Source: an uncultured Clostridium sp.
GTDB lineage: Bacteria > Bacillota > Clostridia > TANB77 > CAG-508
Assembly: GCA_900554365.1 (NCBI GenBank)
Contig: USGY01000001.1
Location: forward strand, 27,214-91,213
Direction: 5' to 3'
DNA: 64,000 bases
Positions 10,314 through 22,300 of the stretch are shown piece by piece. Position numbers and translations under genes: made by a program. The notes beneath the pieces were generated by a model. The model saw only the letters and a program-made list of their open reading frames with translations. It was not told the origin of the DNA and ran no database searches. Position 1 is the first letter of the stretch, and the number at the start of each line of letters is the position of its first letter.

Positions 10314-11168
10314 CTATATTCTTGAAGATGGATGTGAAGATGGATTGTTTAAATCATATATTTCTTCAACATGTTCTGTTTTATAAAATGTTTTATATAA
10401 ATCATAAACATTGTATATTTTTCCCATATTTCTCATAAATGATAATGATTTAAGTGGTTTTGATGTTGTTGCATTTGTTTTTACATTTCTAAAGTAAACT
10501 ATTTTTTGTTCATTATTTATTAAAACTCTATCATTAGGAGATTCAATTTCATTTGAAGTAGTTACATATATGTAATTTGTATCTTTTAATTTATCTGTTT
10601 TAATAATAGGGCGTCTGCCAAGTTCAATTCTATAATCACATTTGCTATCTGCAACATGTAGGTACCAACTATTTGCAAAATCGTTTATTTCAACTTCAAA
10701 GCTATAATTTAGTGTATCATTATGTACAACTAAAATAGGTTTTGTGTTTTGGAAGAAATCGCTTCCATATTGTTCTTCAAATCTTTTTCTATCTTCATCT
10801 GAAATGTCCCAATAAATAAATAGGGTAGTTGGTGTTTGAGCTAAAAGTTTTACAATAGTTTGGTTATATCTATATGGTAAATCATAATATTCTAATATAT
10901 TTCCAGTATTTTTTTTAGCTTCAGCTTTTTTTGATTTACTTTTTGTAGTAGTAGTTTTTCTCTTAGCTACTGCTTTTTTAGTAGTAGTTTTTTTAGTAGT
11001 TGCTTTTTTTGTGCTTTTTGATGAAGCAACTTTTTTATCAACTTTTTTAGTAGTTGTTGTTTTAGTTTTTGAAGCTGAAGTTTTTGCTTTTTTGGTAGCT
11101 TTATTTTCTTCTTTTTTGCTTGACTTTTTTAATTTATTTTCGTATATTTCTTTTGTTTTTCTTGGCAT
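10314..11168 (-). CDS. DUF4912-family protein with a Lys/Thr-rich basic N-terminal tail
   Basis: YDLPYRYNQTIVKLLAQTPTTLFIYWDISDE matches the DUF4912 core that usually accompanies GH57 branching enzymes. The start at 11168 follows GGAGGA. Confidence 0.7.
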   Translation of the reverse strand: MPRKTKEIYENKLKKSSKKEENKATKKAKTSASKTKTTTTKKVDKKVASSKSTKKATTKKTTTKKAVAKRKTTTTKSKSKKAEAKKNTGNILEYYDLPYRYNQTIVKLLAQTPTTLFIYWDISDEDRKRFEEQYGSDFFQNTKPILVVHNDTLNYSFEVEINDFANSWYLHVADSKCDYRIELGRRPIIKTDKLKDTNYIYVTTSNEIESPNDRVLINNEQKIVYFRNVKTNATTSKPLKSLSFMRNMGKIYNVYDLYKTFYKTEHVEEIYDLNNPSSHPSSRI

Positions 11169-11274
11169 TTTTATCCTCCTATGTAATCTCAATTAATTCT
11201 TATAATATCTTATAATAAAAGTAAAATAAATTCAAGGGAAAAATAATAAAATAATAAAAATATCATAAAAACTG

Positions 11275-11302
11275 TTGTAAAAAAAGAAATTATTGATATA
11301 AT
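11275..11302 (+). promoter_or_regulatory. Sigma-A-like promoter with extended -10 (TTGTAA, 16-nt spacer, TGATATAAT)
   Basis: Motif match only. Sits upstream of pfk. Confidence 0.4.
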
Positions 11303-11344
11303 AATAAATGTTATTAAAACATAACAAAGGAGGAAATTTAATTT

Positions 11345-12490
11345 ATGTTAAAAAAAGTAGGAATATTAGCAAATGGAGGAGACGTTTCAGGATTTAATGC
11401 TGTTATTAGAGCGATAGTAAAAACAGCCGAAAATAATGATATTGAATGTTATGGAATAATAGATGGATATAATGGATTATTAAAAAAAGATTTTAGATAT
11501 TTAAGTACAGCAGAAGGTGGAGAAGCTTTTGGAATATTACCTAAAGGTGGATCAATTATAGGATCATCAACAAATTCTAATTTATTTAATTACAAAGTAG
11601 TAAATGAAGATGGAAGTGTAGAATATAAAGATTTATCAGATAAAGCAATAGAAAATATTAAAGAATTTGGTTTTGATTGTATTTTCACATTAGGAGGAGA
11701 TGGAACTCAAAAGTCTGCAAGAGATTTTATGACTAAAGGTGTAAATATTATTGGTGTTCCCAAAACAATTGATAATGATGTTGCATGTACTGAAATTACA
11801 TTTGGTTATAATACAGCAGTTTCAGTTGCAATGGAAGCGTTAGACAGATTACATACAACAGGAGCAACACATCATAGAATAATGATATTAGAGGTTATGG
11901 GAAGATATGCAGGTTGGATTGCATTAGAATCTGCAATAGCAGGTGGAGCAGATGTTGCATTAATACCTGAAATTCCATATGATATAAATAAAGTAGCTAA
12001 AAAAATTGAAAACAGAAAAAAAAGAGGAAAACATTTTAGTGTTGTAGTTGTTGCAGAAGGTGCAAAACCACTTGATGGAGATATTACTGTAATGAGCACT
12101 AGAAATAACGGAGCAGGTGTTGATAATACAAAACTTGGTGGGGTAGGTCAAATTGTAGCAATGCAATTACAAGAAATGACAGGTCTAGAAGCTAGAAGTA
12201 CAACATTAGGATATATGCAAAGAGGGGGAACTCCTACAGCTTTTGATAGGGTTTTATCAACAAAATATGGAACTAAGGCAATGGAACTTGCGTTAGAAGG
12301 AAAATTTGGAACTTTAGCAGTTATAAAAAATGGAAAACTAGACAGCGTACCATTAGAAGAAGTAGTAGGTAAAAATACTAAAATAGGTGCTGTTTCAGGA
12401 AATACAGCGGAAAGTAATTTAAGAAAAGTAAGTATGAATGATGATTTAGTAAGAACTGCAAGAGACATAGGAATTAATTTAGGTGATTAA
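11345..12490 (+). CDS. pfkA: 6-phosphofructokinase (PfkA family, long form)
   Basis: GGDVSGFNAVIR, LGGDGTQKSA, PKTIDND and MGRYAGW motifs. 381 aa. Confidence 0.92.
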   Translation: MLKKVGILANGGDVSGFNAVIRAIVKTAENNDIECYGIIDGYNGLLKKDFRYLSTAEGGEAFGILPKGGSIIGSSTNSNLFNYKVVNEDGSVEYKDLSDKAIENIKEFGFDCIFTLGGDGTQKSARDFMTKGVNIIGVPKTIDNDVACTEITFGYNTAVSVAMEALDRLHTTGATHHRIMILEVMGRYAGWIALESAIAGGADVALIPEIPYDINKVAKKIENRKKRGKHFSVVVVAEGAKPLDGDITVMSTRNNGAGVDNTKLGGVGQIVAMQLQEMTGLEARSTTLGYMQRGGTPTAFDRVLSTKYGTKAMELALEGKFGTLAVIKNGKLDSVPLEEVVGKNTKIGAVSGNTAESNLRKVSMNDDLVRTARDIGINLGD

Positions 12491-12520
12491 TAATATTTAA
12501 ACAAAGGATGGTATTTTAAC

Positions 12521-13162
12521 ATGCAAAAAAAGGAAAAAATGATAATTATAATTGTTGCAATTGTTGTAGTTGCGTTAATAGTTCTTGGAGTAATTTTAGC
12601 AAATAAAAGTAATAAGGTTACTTCAAATACAAAGGCTGAAACTAAGGTATCAACATTATATAATAAAATAAAAAATACTGACACATATAGTTTTAATTTT
12701 ACAGCAGATGATAATTCTAAAGTGTTTTATGCAAAATCAGGTGAAAAAGCATATATGGATACAAAATACAATGGAAGTGAAACAAAATATATAATAAAAG
12801 ATGGTAATTCATATTTAATAAAAGATAGTGATAAAAGATATTATACATATACAAATAATAATATCGATTTAGATTTAGTTTCAGAAACATTAGCAGATTT
12901 AATAAATTTAGAACATAATGATGGAAAAGAAGATATTGATGGAAAATCATATAATTATGAAGAATATTCAGTTTTAACAAATATTGCAATTTCTGACTTT
13001 TCTAATGAAACAAATATAAAAACTAGATTGTATTTTAAAGGTAAAGATTTAGTTTATATAAAAACTATTTCAGATAGAAAACAAGAATTATTAAAAGTTG
13101 ATATGTCAACAAAAGTAGAAAATAATTTATTTGAAATTCCATCAGATTATGTTGAAGGATAG
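12521..13162 (+). CDS. Membrane-anchored protein of unknown function, possibly LolA-like/DUF4367 fold
   Basis: N-terminal TM helix, a beta-rich ectodomain and an LFEIPSDYVEG-type C-terminus. The fold assignment rests on resemblance only. Confidence 0.6.
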   Translation: MQKKEKMIIIIVAIVVVALIVLGVILANKSNKVTSNTKAETKVSTLYNKIKNTDTYSFNFTADDNSKVFYAKSGEKAYMDTKYNGSETKYIIKDGNSYLIKDSDKRYYTYTNNNIDLDLVSETLADLINLEHNDGKEDIDGKSYNYEEYSVLTNIAISDFSNETNIKTRLYFKGKDLVYIKTISDRKQELLKVDMSTKVENNLFEIPSDYVEG

Positions 13163-13180
13163 AAAATAAAATATTTATTT

Positions 13181-13221
13181 AATAGCATTAATTGTAAAAA
13201 ATTTAGTGCTATTATTTTTTT
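13181..13221 (+). terminator. Probable terminator before the giant-protein gene
   Basis: Stem AATAGCA/TGCTATT, extendable with G-U pairs, followed by a T-run. Confidence 0.45.
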
Positions 13222-13316
13222 GTATAATTTAATGTGACAAATATATAAAAATGTTGTTTTTTATAAGTTCTTATGATAAAATTCAGTAAGAATATTTTGA
13301 AATAAGGAAGATAAAA

Positions 13317-16300
13317 ATGGGAAAAAAAGATAAAAATAGAAAAAGAAAAGCAAAACCAATATTTTTTATAGTGTTATTTAATTTTTTAATAATAATTTCA
13401 CTAATTCTATACATAATTTATTTAAGATTTATACCATATACCACATTAGAATATAGTGGTTATGCTGTTTCTGGAAAAGATATTATATCAAATTTATTAA
13501 ATACAAATTTTGATTCAGAACAAAATATTAAAGCTTTACAAGTTAAAGATCAAGATTCAATATATGAAAATTTAGATTCTTATTATTTAGGAGCAAGTAA
13601 AAAAGATAATATTAACATAAATTATCCAATATATATAAATAATTCTTTAGCTTTATATAATTTGTCACCTAAAATGAGTCTTATTACAGATGATTTTCAA
13701 AAAGTGCAAGGATATGCAGGAACAACATTAACATCTGGAGAATTGTATAATGCAAGCACTTTGCAAAGAGCAGATTATAATGAATATATTTTATTAAAAA
13801 ATTCAGATAATTTATATATAAATACAAAAGATTTCAAAATAAAAACATCTACAAATGAATATACAATAAAAATGAATAGTATTATAAATTTCACAAGTGA
13901 TTTTATTACATATTATTCATTGAAAGATGGTGAGTTTATATATAACAAAATTTTAGATATTGATAATAATTCACAAGTAACAATTGAAGATTATAATAAA
14001 ACATACACATATAAGAACTTTTTGAAAAATTTAGGAATAATAAAAGACGGAAATAAATTAACTTCAAATAATGATAACAAAGACAAAAAAGAAGAAAATA
14101 AAACACAAAAAGTTAATGAGGTAAAAAAAGAAAATAAAGATAAAAATACAACAGAAGATACAACAAAAAATGATGTAGGTAATGAAAAACCTGTGGAAAA
14201 CATTGCAGAAGAGCCAATACAAGAAGAAACAAAGCAGGAAGAAAACAAACAAGAAGGAACATCAAACTCATCTGAAAAAATATGGATAAAACCAACAGTA
14301 ACAGCTGAGCAATTTACTTCAAATGTATATACTGCAAAAACAAATATTAAAATAGATGATCCAAGTAGAGTAATATATAAAGCTATTACATTTACATTTT
14401 ATAAAGATGATACAATAGCATTTAGGGTATCTAGTCAAACATCTGGAGAAGTAAGTGTAACAAAATTACTACCAAATACTAAGTATAAAATAGAAGGAAA
14501 ATATCAATATAGAAACAAAGAAGGAAACTTAATAGAAAGTACTATTTTAGAGCAAGAAATAACAACAAAAAGTGCAGATACACTTAATTCAATTGAATTA
14601 GGAATGAGTAATGGACAAGTATATTCAAATAAAATAGAAATAAATGATTTGCATGTTTCTTCAGATGTTACAGATGAGGCAATATATGGAGTATCTAAAG
14701 CCGAAGTATTAATAAATGATATTAAATATAGTTTAGATTCTTCATCACTTAAAAAAATCTTAAAAGGAGAGCATATAAAATATCAATCTGCAGAAGGTGT
14801 AAAATCAAATAGTAGTTGTAAATATGAAATAAAATTTTATGATACAGCTGGAAATGAAATGAAACTAAAAAATAATACTGGAAACACAGTGACTTCTAAG
14901 AAAACACCATCAGTAAAACTAAAAATTTCTGCTCAAGAGGTAATATCAGTAACAGTGATACCTACACTTGTAAATGAAGATAATGTTGAAATAAACAACT
15001 ATAGATATGCATTATATTCAGATACAGGAGAAATGGTGACAATTGGAAATGTTACAGGACAACCTATAGAATTTAAAGATTTGGATTCGCAAAAAACATA
15101 TACAATAAAAATTTATGCTGATTTTGATATATCAGATGGAAAAGGAGTTCAATATAATCAAGAAATAGGAAATAGTACTTTTGTAACATTACCACTTAGT
15201 AAATTAGGAAACTTAAAGCTAGATGTATCTTATGATCAAGATACAGATATTACATATAATAGTATAAATTTAAAAACTGCAATTAATATAAATAAAACAG
15301 ATAGTAGATTAATTAAAATATTAAGGAGTGTAAATTTAGCAATAAAGGATGAAAAAGGAAAAGAAGTAACAAATATTGAAATGACAGATATTTCTGCTTT
15401 ATCAACAGTCGATGGAATAAAGAACTTAATAGGAGATTTAAAATCTAATACAACATATAATATTGAAATCACAGCAAAAGCAGTTCAAGGAAGTAAAGAA
15501 GAAAAAATATCAACTACATACACATTAAAGAAATTTTTAACTAACAAATTACCTGCAAAAATGAGTGTGAAAAATGTAGTAACAACGACAAATCTTATTG
15601 ATATGGATATATATATTGATGATGTTGATCATAGTTGTTTGGAAGATGTAGTTACAGTTAGATTAATAGATAGTTATGAGAAAGAATATTTACCTAAGAT
15701 AGAACCTACAAATATAAAAGGAAGTACAAAAATTCCGACAAATCAGTGGGTAAGAATAACATATACCGGACTACCAGAAAATGAAAAATATGAGTTTGTA
15801 ACTGAAGCTGTATCTTATAATGAAACAAATGATACAAGCAAGGTTCAAAATAATTACAAAATATTAACAAAAGATTTTATTACATCTGGTTTAGGAGGAA
15901 ATGTTGAATTATCAGGGTTAAACAGAGAAAAACAACAATCATGTTCTAATTTGATTGATGTAAAATCAGAAAATAACTGGTATTCACAATGTTTCGATAC
16001 TTTAAGTACAGAATATACATTAGATGAAGCAAACAATGTATCATTTAAAGCAAATTCTAAATATAATTATGGAAAAACATATACAGAAGATGATAATACT
16101 ATTAATTTAAAATTATTATCAAATCAATGTTATCTATATGATTTCTCACAATATAAAGGACAAACAATAACTCTAACTTTTTCAGCTAAAGTAACTGAGA
16201 CAAATGCAAAAGTATATTTGCAAAAAGGAAAAAATATTGGACAAAATCTAGAACAAATAACAGGATTGCAAAATAATAATTGGATATCAATTAAAAAAAC

Positions 16301-19300
16301 TTTGGTAGTACCAGAAGATGGTTATGTAGGATTTTATCTTGAAAAATATCAAGAAACAATTCCAAAAACAGAAAATGAAGAAGCTAAAGTTCAAGATAAA
16401 GATTATTATTTAGATTTAAAAGATATAAAAGCAGAACTTGGAGCAGAATCAACAGGATATTCTAAATATGTATACGATTTATATGCTAATATAAATGTAA
16501 AATTTATAGATGAAAATCATATTACATATGATGAAAATGAACAAAACTGTAAATATTATATTAGACTAAAAAATGATAAAGGACTTAATGAAGAATACGA
16601 CTATACATATGATTCAAAAGAAAGTATATTAGAAAAATATAAATATAAAATAGAAGAAACAAATGATATTACAAATTACACAATTGAATTAGTTGTTAAA
16701 CAATATGGAAGAGAATATCAATTAGATAAAGTAGAATTTAAGTATGATCCAACAAATTCTAAAGAAATAAAAAGTATTTCGAGTGTAGAGGACTTTAAAA
16801 AGATACAACCATATGGAAGTTATATATTATTAAATGATATAGATTTAACAGATGCAGGAACTACTAGTGAATTTACTTTTGGAAATCCCAACATTTCTTT
16901 TTATGGAAATATAGATTTTAATGGAAAAACAATAAAAAAAGATACATATTCGCTAACTAAACAAAAAGATACAACATCATATATTTTCTATAAATTAGAT
17001 GAAAAGGCAAACTTGAAAAATATTGTAATAGATTTTAATATAAATAATCCTAAAAATAGATTAACAACTAAAGTAGAAGGAATTGATACATTTATAGCTG
17101 AAGAAGACGGAATATATTCTTTGTTTTTATATAATAATGCAAAAATTGATAATGCAATTGTAAATTTAAAGGGAAGTACATATAAACAAAGAATTAATGT
17201 TGGACTATTAGGATATAGAAATCAAGGTACAATTGAAAATTTCGTAATAAACTTTGAAGGTACATTATATGGATCAAAGAATCTTGCTGGTGTTTGTCTA
17301 TATTCTGAAGGAACAATACAAAATGGATATGTATATGGAAAAGGAATTGAAGCAATAGATAATATAACAATAGGTGATTATAGAAATATAGCAGGAGTTG
17401 TATTCCAAGTAGATGAAGCAGGAGTATTACAAAATGTATACAATACATCACCTATAAAAATGAATCACTGTGATTCAACATATTCATATGCTGCAAATAT
17501 TGTATATAATGTTGGATATCCACCAGTAATAAATGAGACAACAGGTGCAGTAATTTCTAGTAAAGATTCAACTGCGACTGTAAATAATGTATATTCTGTT
17601 CGTCCGTTAATTACAACATATAGTGGTTATGAATATTATGGAATAATGGATTCAAACAATAAAGAAGGAGATAAAGGTCCTAACATATTAAACAAATATA
17701 CTAGTACAAAGGTAAAAGAATCATATTATTTCTGTGATACAATTTATGAAGCAAATGATTATAATACAAAATCATCTGCAACTGCATTATATGAGCCAGG
17801 CGTTCAAGAAGTATTGTTAAATGCAAATGGATATAATCAATTTATAATTGATACATTAGTAAATAATGGCTATTATCCACAGCTAAACTTAAATTATTGT
17901 ATGCCTAAACAAGATAATATTAAAATAGATGTAACAGGTACAGAAATAATTGATGTACTATCATCTGAAGTAGTAAAAAATAATGATATTTCAACATTAG
18001 AAATGAGTGATAAAGTAAAAGGTGAGGTAGAAAATTACATTAGAAATAATAATGTTGATTTAAAAGCTGATAATCTAGTTTTAGCAACATTTAGAATTTA
18101 TAACCCTGCTGGAACTACAATAAGTGAAATAAATGTAAACTATATGGATACTGAAATTATGAGTCAATCATATGAAAAGAAAGTAAGTACAGTATATGTT
18201 ATACTAAAAAATCCTACATCATTTTTAGATGAATATGATGTTTCATCAATAAAAAGTAAAATGGCAAATGGAAAAGTAAAAGAATCTGTATATGGAGAGA
18301 ATGAAGATTTAGGAGTAAGAAAAGTAAATGTTAGGTTTGTAAAAAATATATCAACTGAAGAAGAATGGAACAAAATAAATGAATCAGACGAAAACGGAGT
18401 TAGCGGATTGGTACAAAATTACAGATTAATAAAGGATTTGGATTTTGCTGAAGCGGATGTTGCACCATATATAACAGGTACATTTGAGGGAAATATAGAT
18501 GGACAATATAAAGGAACAATACATACAATAAAAAATATAAATGGAAAATTCTCATTAATAAAAGCACTAAGACAAGGAAGCATAAAGAATTTGAACATTG
18601 AAAACTTTACAATAAATACTGATTCTCAATATGCAGGTCTTATAGAAAAATCAGATATAGAAGAAAATATTGAAATAAATAATGTCCATATAAAAAATAT
18701 GGAAATTGTATCAACATATGGAGGAGAATGGACTGCATATGGAAGCATAGCTGGATATATAAGTAGTGGTTCAGCAAATGATGCAACATCTATAAAAGTG
18801 CAAAATTGTTCAGTTCAAGGACTTAATATTGATTTGGAAAATGCAAATGCAACATCAATTAGAGTAGGTGGACTTATTGGATATCTATATGCTTATGGAG
18901 GAGTAGATGTTTATGTAACAAATGACTTTGCTCAAAATATATCAATAAATGCAGATGTTACATCTAATACAGGAGTAGGCGGAATAGTTGGTTATAAAGG
19001 ACATGATGCCGATGAGAAAAAGAAAATAGGTGAACCTAATTTTTATATTCAAAATTGCTATACTACTGGAAAAATAAATACGATGTATCGTGCAGGAGGA
19101 ATCCTTGGATATGGCTTATATGCAAATACATACATTCAAAAATGCTGGAGTACATTAAATATAACAAGTAAAATGATGTCAGGGTCTGCTGATATAGGTG
19201 GAATTGTTGGATATTCAGGAACAGGAGTAAATAATATAAGTAATAATATATATTTAGGAAATATATATGTATCAGGAAATGACGTAAAAAATGTAAATAG

Positions 19301-22300
19301 AATTTTTGGATCTAATGCGGGAACATCATCATATAAAAACTATGCATATAAATATCAATTAATAAACGGAGAAGTTTCAACAAATCAATTAGGAGCAACT
19401 AAATTACTAACATATTCAGAAATATTTCAAATAAATACATATAAAAATTTAATTGGATTTGACAATAATTATACATATACAATAGAAAAAAATGGAGCAC
19501 CATTTAATTTACTAGAAAATGAGTATTTGCCAGAATTAAACGATACCATTGGAAATGTATTATCAAATCAAAAGTTAACACCGATAGATACTGATCTTAA
19601 ATTAGATACAATTACATCAGTTCCATCATCAGATAAAACTCAAGTTACTGTTACTATGAAATTTGAGAATAAAAACAACTTGAATTTAACAAGAGTAAAA
19701 ATTGAAAATGACGATATGATTGTAAAAGATGGAACATGGAATACAAGTATCGACAGCAACGGTCTTACTGTTGTTAGTTTTATTGCGACACCTAGAAGAG
19801 CATTTGATAGTTATAAAATAGAAAGTATATATTATGAAAGAAATGGACAAGAAATAGAAAAAGAAATAGCAACAAAAATAAAATTAGAATTATATAAAGG
19901 AATATCAACAGCTCAAGAATGGAATGAATTTTTCTCTGGTGATGGAAGAACATATGGTGGACAGAATATAAAAATTACTGGAGATATAGATTTCTCAGCG
20001 GTTAATTCTATCGAAAAAGATGTTGTAATAGGAAAGCTAGAAGCAGATAGTGTAAAAACAATTTCTGGTATAAATCTAAAATCACTAGATGCAAATAGTG
20101 GATTTATTAAAGAAATAAAAACAAAAATGAGTAATATTAAATTTGAAAATTGTTCACTTCAAGGTGAAAATGGAGGGTATAACGGTATTGTTGTAATTTC
20201 AAGAGGAGAAATTAGTAATTGCTCATTTAATAATATTAATTTAGATTTTAAAGGATCATATATAGGTGCTGTTTCCAGAACGATAGCAGGAAGTTTTAAA
20301 AATATAACTGTTAATAATGTACAAGCAAAAGGAAATACATATGTAGGTTCATTGTGTGGCAATGCAACAGCACTTGGAACATCTTCCGGAATAAAAGGAA
20401 CATATATATCAGTAACAGCTACAGGAAACGATGTTGGTGGAATGTTTGGATGCACAGATGGAAGAATAGATAATGTACAAACATATCAATATTCTGAAAA
20501 CGGAAAAACATCATCTGATAAAGAAACATCATGGCTGGTAAAAGGAAATCAAAATGTAGGTGGAAATATTGGAACATATGCTGGAGGCGGAAATTGGGTT
20601 ACTAACCTAAGAATTACTAACAGCAAAATTTCAGGAAATAATACAGTTGGTGGAAATGTAGGATGGGGCTCAGGAAATGGAAGCGTACTAACATCAACAA
20701 ATAATATAGTTACAGGAACAGGATATCATACAGGAGGAAATGTTGGAGCTCATGGATGGGCATTTTTGAATATGACATCATCTAATAATACAATAAAAGG
20801 AAACATAAATGTAGGCGGAAATACTGGAACAGGTGGATGGGCAACAGACGGAAACCTTACTTCTGAGAACAATAAAATAACAGGAGAAACGAATGTAGGT
20901 GGAAATTTAGGACAACAAGATCATTATTATGCAAATGCAAATAATATGAGATCATCAGGAACAAATCAAGTAATATCTGGAAATAATTACGTTGGAGGAT
21001 CTGTAGGACGCTCAGTTGGTAGAATTAAAAATGTAAAAGTACAAGACTGCACAGTTACTTCAAGAGGAAATTATACTGGAGGAATAATTGGAATGTCAGA
21101 ATATTCAACACCTTCAATATCAGCTTCAAATAGCGATAATTATGCAATAGCTGGATCAAATACTAAAAATGTAATTGTAAATGGTGGAAATAATTATGTT
21201 GGAGGAATAGTTGGATATCAAGTTGGAACAATATATGGAAATGCATTAGAAAATAGTACTGTTACAGCAAAAGGAAACAATGTAGGTGGAATAGCTGGAT
21301 TCTACACAGGATATATAGGAAATTCAGCAAGTTCGCTTTCATCATCAAACTTCTTCTTATGGCATTCATATTGCTCAAATTCAACAGTTAAAGGTACAAA
21401 TAATGTAGGTGGAATAGCTGGAAATATTATATTAGGAAATATTCAATACTGTTATGTACAAAATACAGATGTAATTGCATCAAACCAAGCTGCAGGTGGA
21501 ATTGTTGGATATTTTTATAATGCAAATCTAAATAATTTACAATATAAGGCAACTATAAAATATAATTACGTAGCCAATGTTGATGAAGGCAGAATTGTTA
21601 GAGCAAGTAATTCTGCAGGTGGAGTTGTAGGAATGGTAGCTAAACAATTAAATTATGACAAAAATATAGATACATATAATAATATTGAATGTGATTTAGT
21701 GGTAACAGATATTGCAACTGTAGGTAATTATGCAGATATTGGAATTGGCTCTGTAGGAGGAAGTGAATATGGAATTCTACAAGCTGGTTATATGAATAAT
21801 ATATATGCATATAATTGTTCAAAATTAAATGGAGTACAAATAGGTGGAATATCAGAAGAAAAAGAAGCTTATAATTTACTTACAAGCAATGAATTAAAAA
21901 CTAATATATATACTAAAAATGATAAAATTTTAGATGAAGATGGTAAAGTAATAGGTAACAAAGGATTGAACTTTGGAAATTCAAGATATATATATAATAA
22001 TGGATATTTCCCAATTTTAAAAACAAGCTATAATGCAAATCTTTATTGGAGCTCTAATGAATTAAATATAAATCAAAAATTAGTAAGTATTCCAACAAGA
22101 AATCAAGAATTTACAAGTACACAAGCACTTACATCATATAGTGAACAAATGGATGTTGCGGCATTTAGCGTATTTAATGAAGCAGAGGAACTACCAGAAA
22201 TGTATGTTTATGCAACTGGTGTAGATAAATTAAATATTGAATTTAGCAATATAAACAGTAGTGCGAAATTTAAATTAAAAACATCAGATTCTGTTATTGG

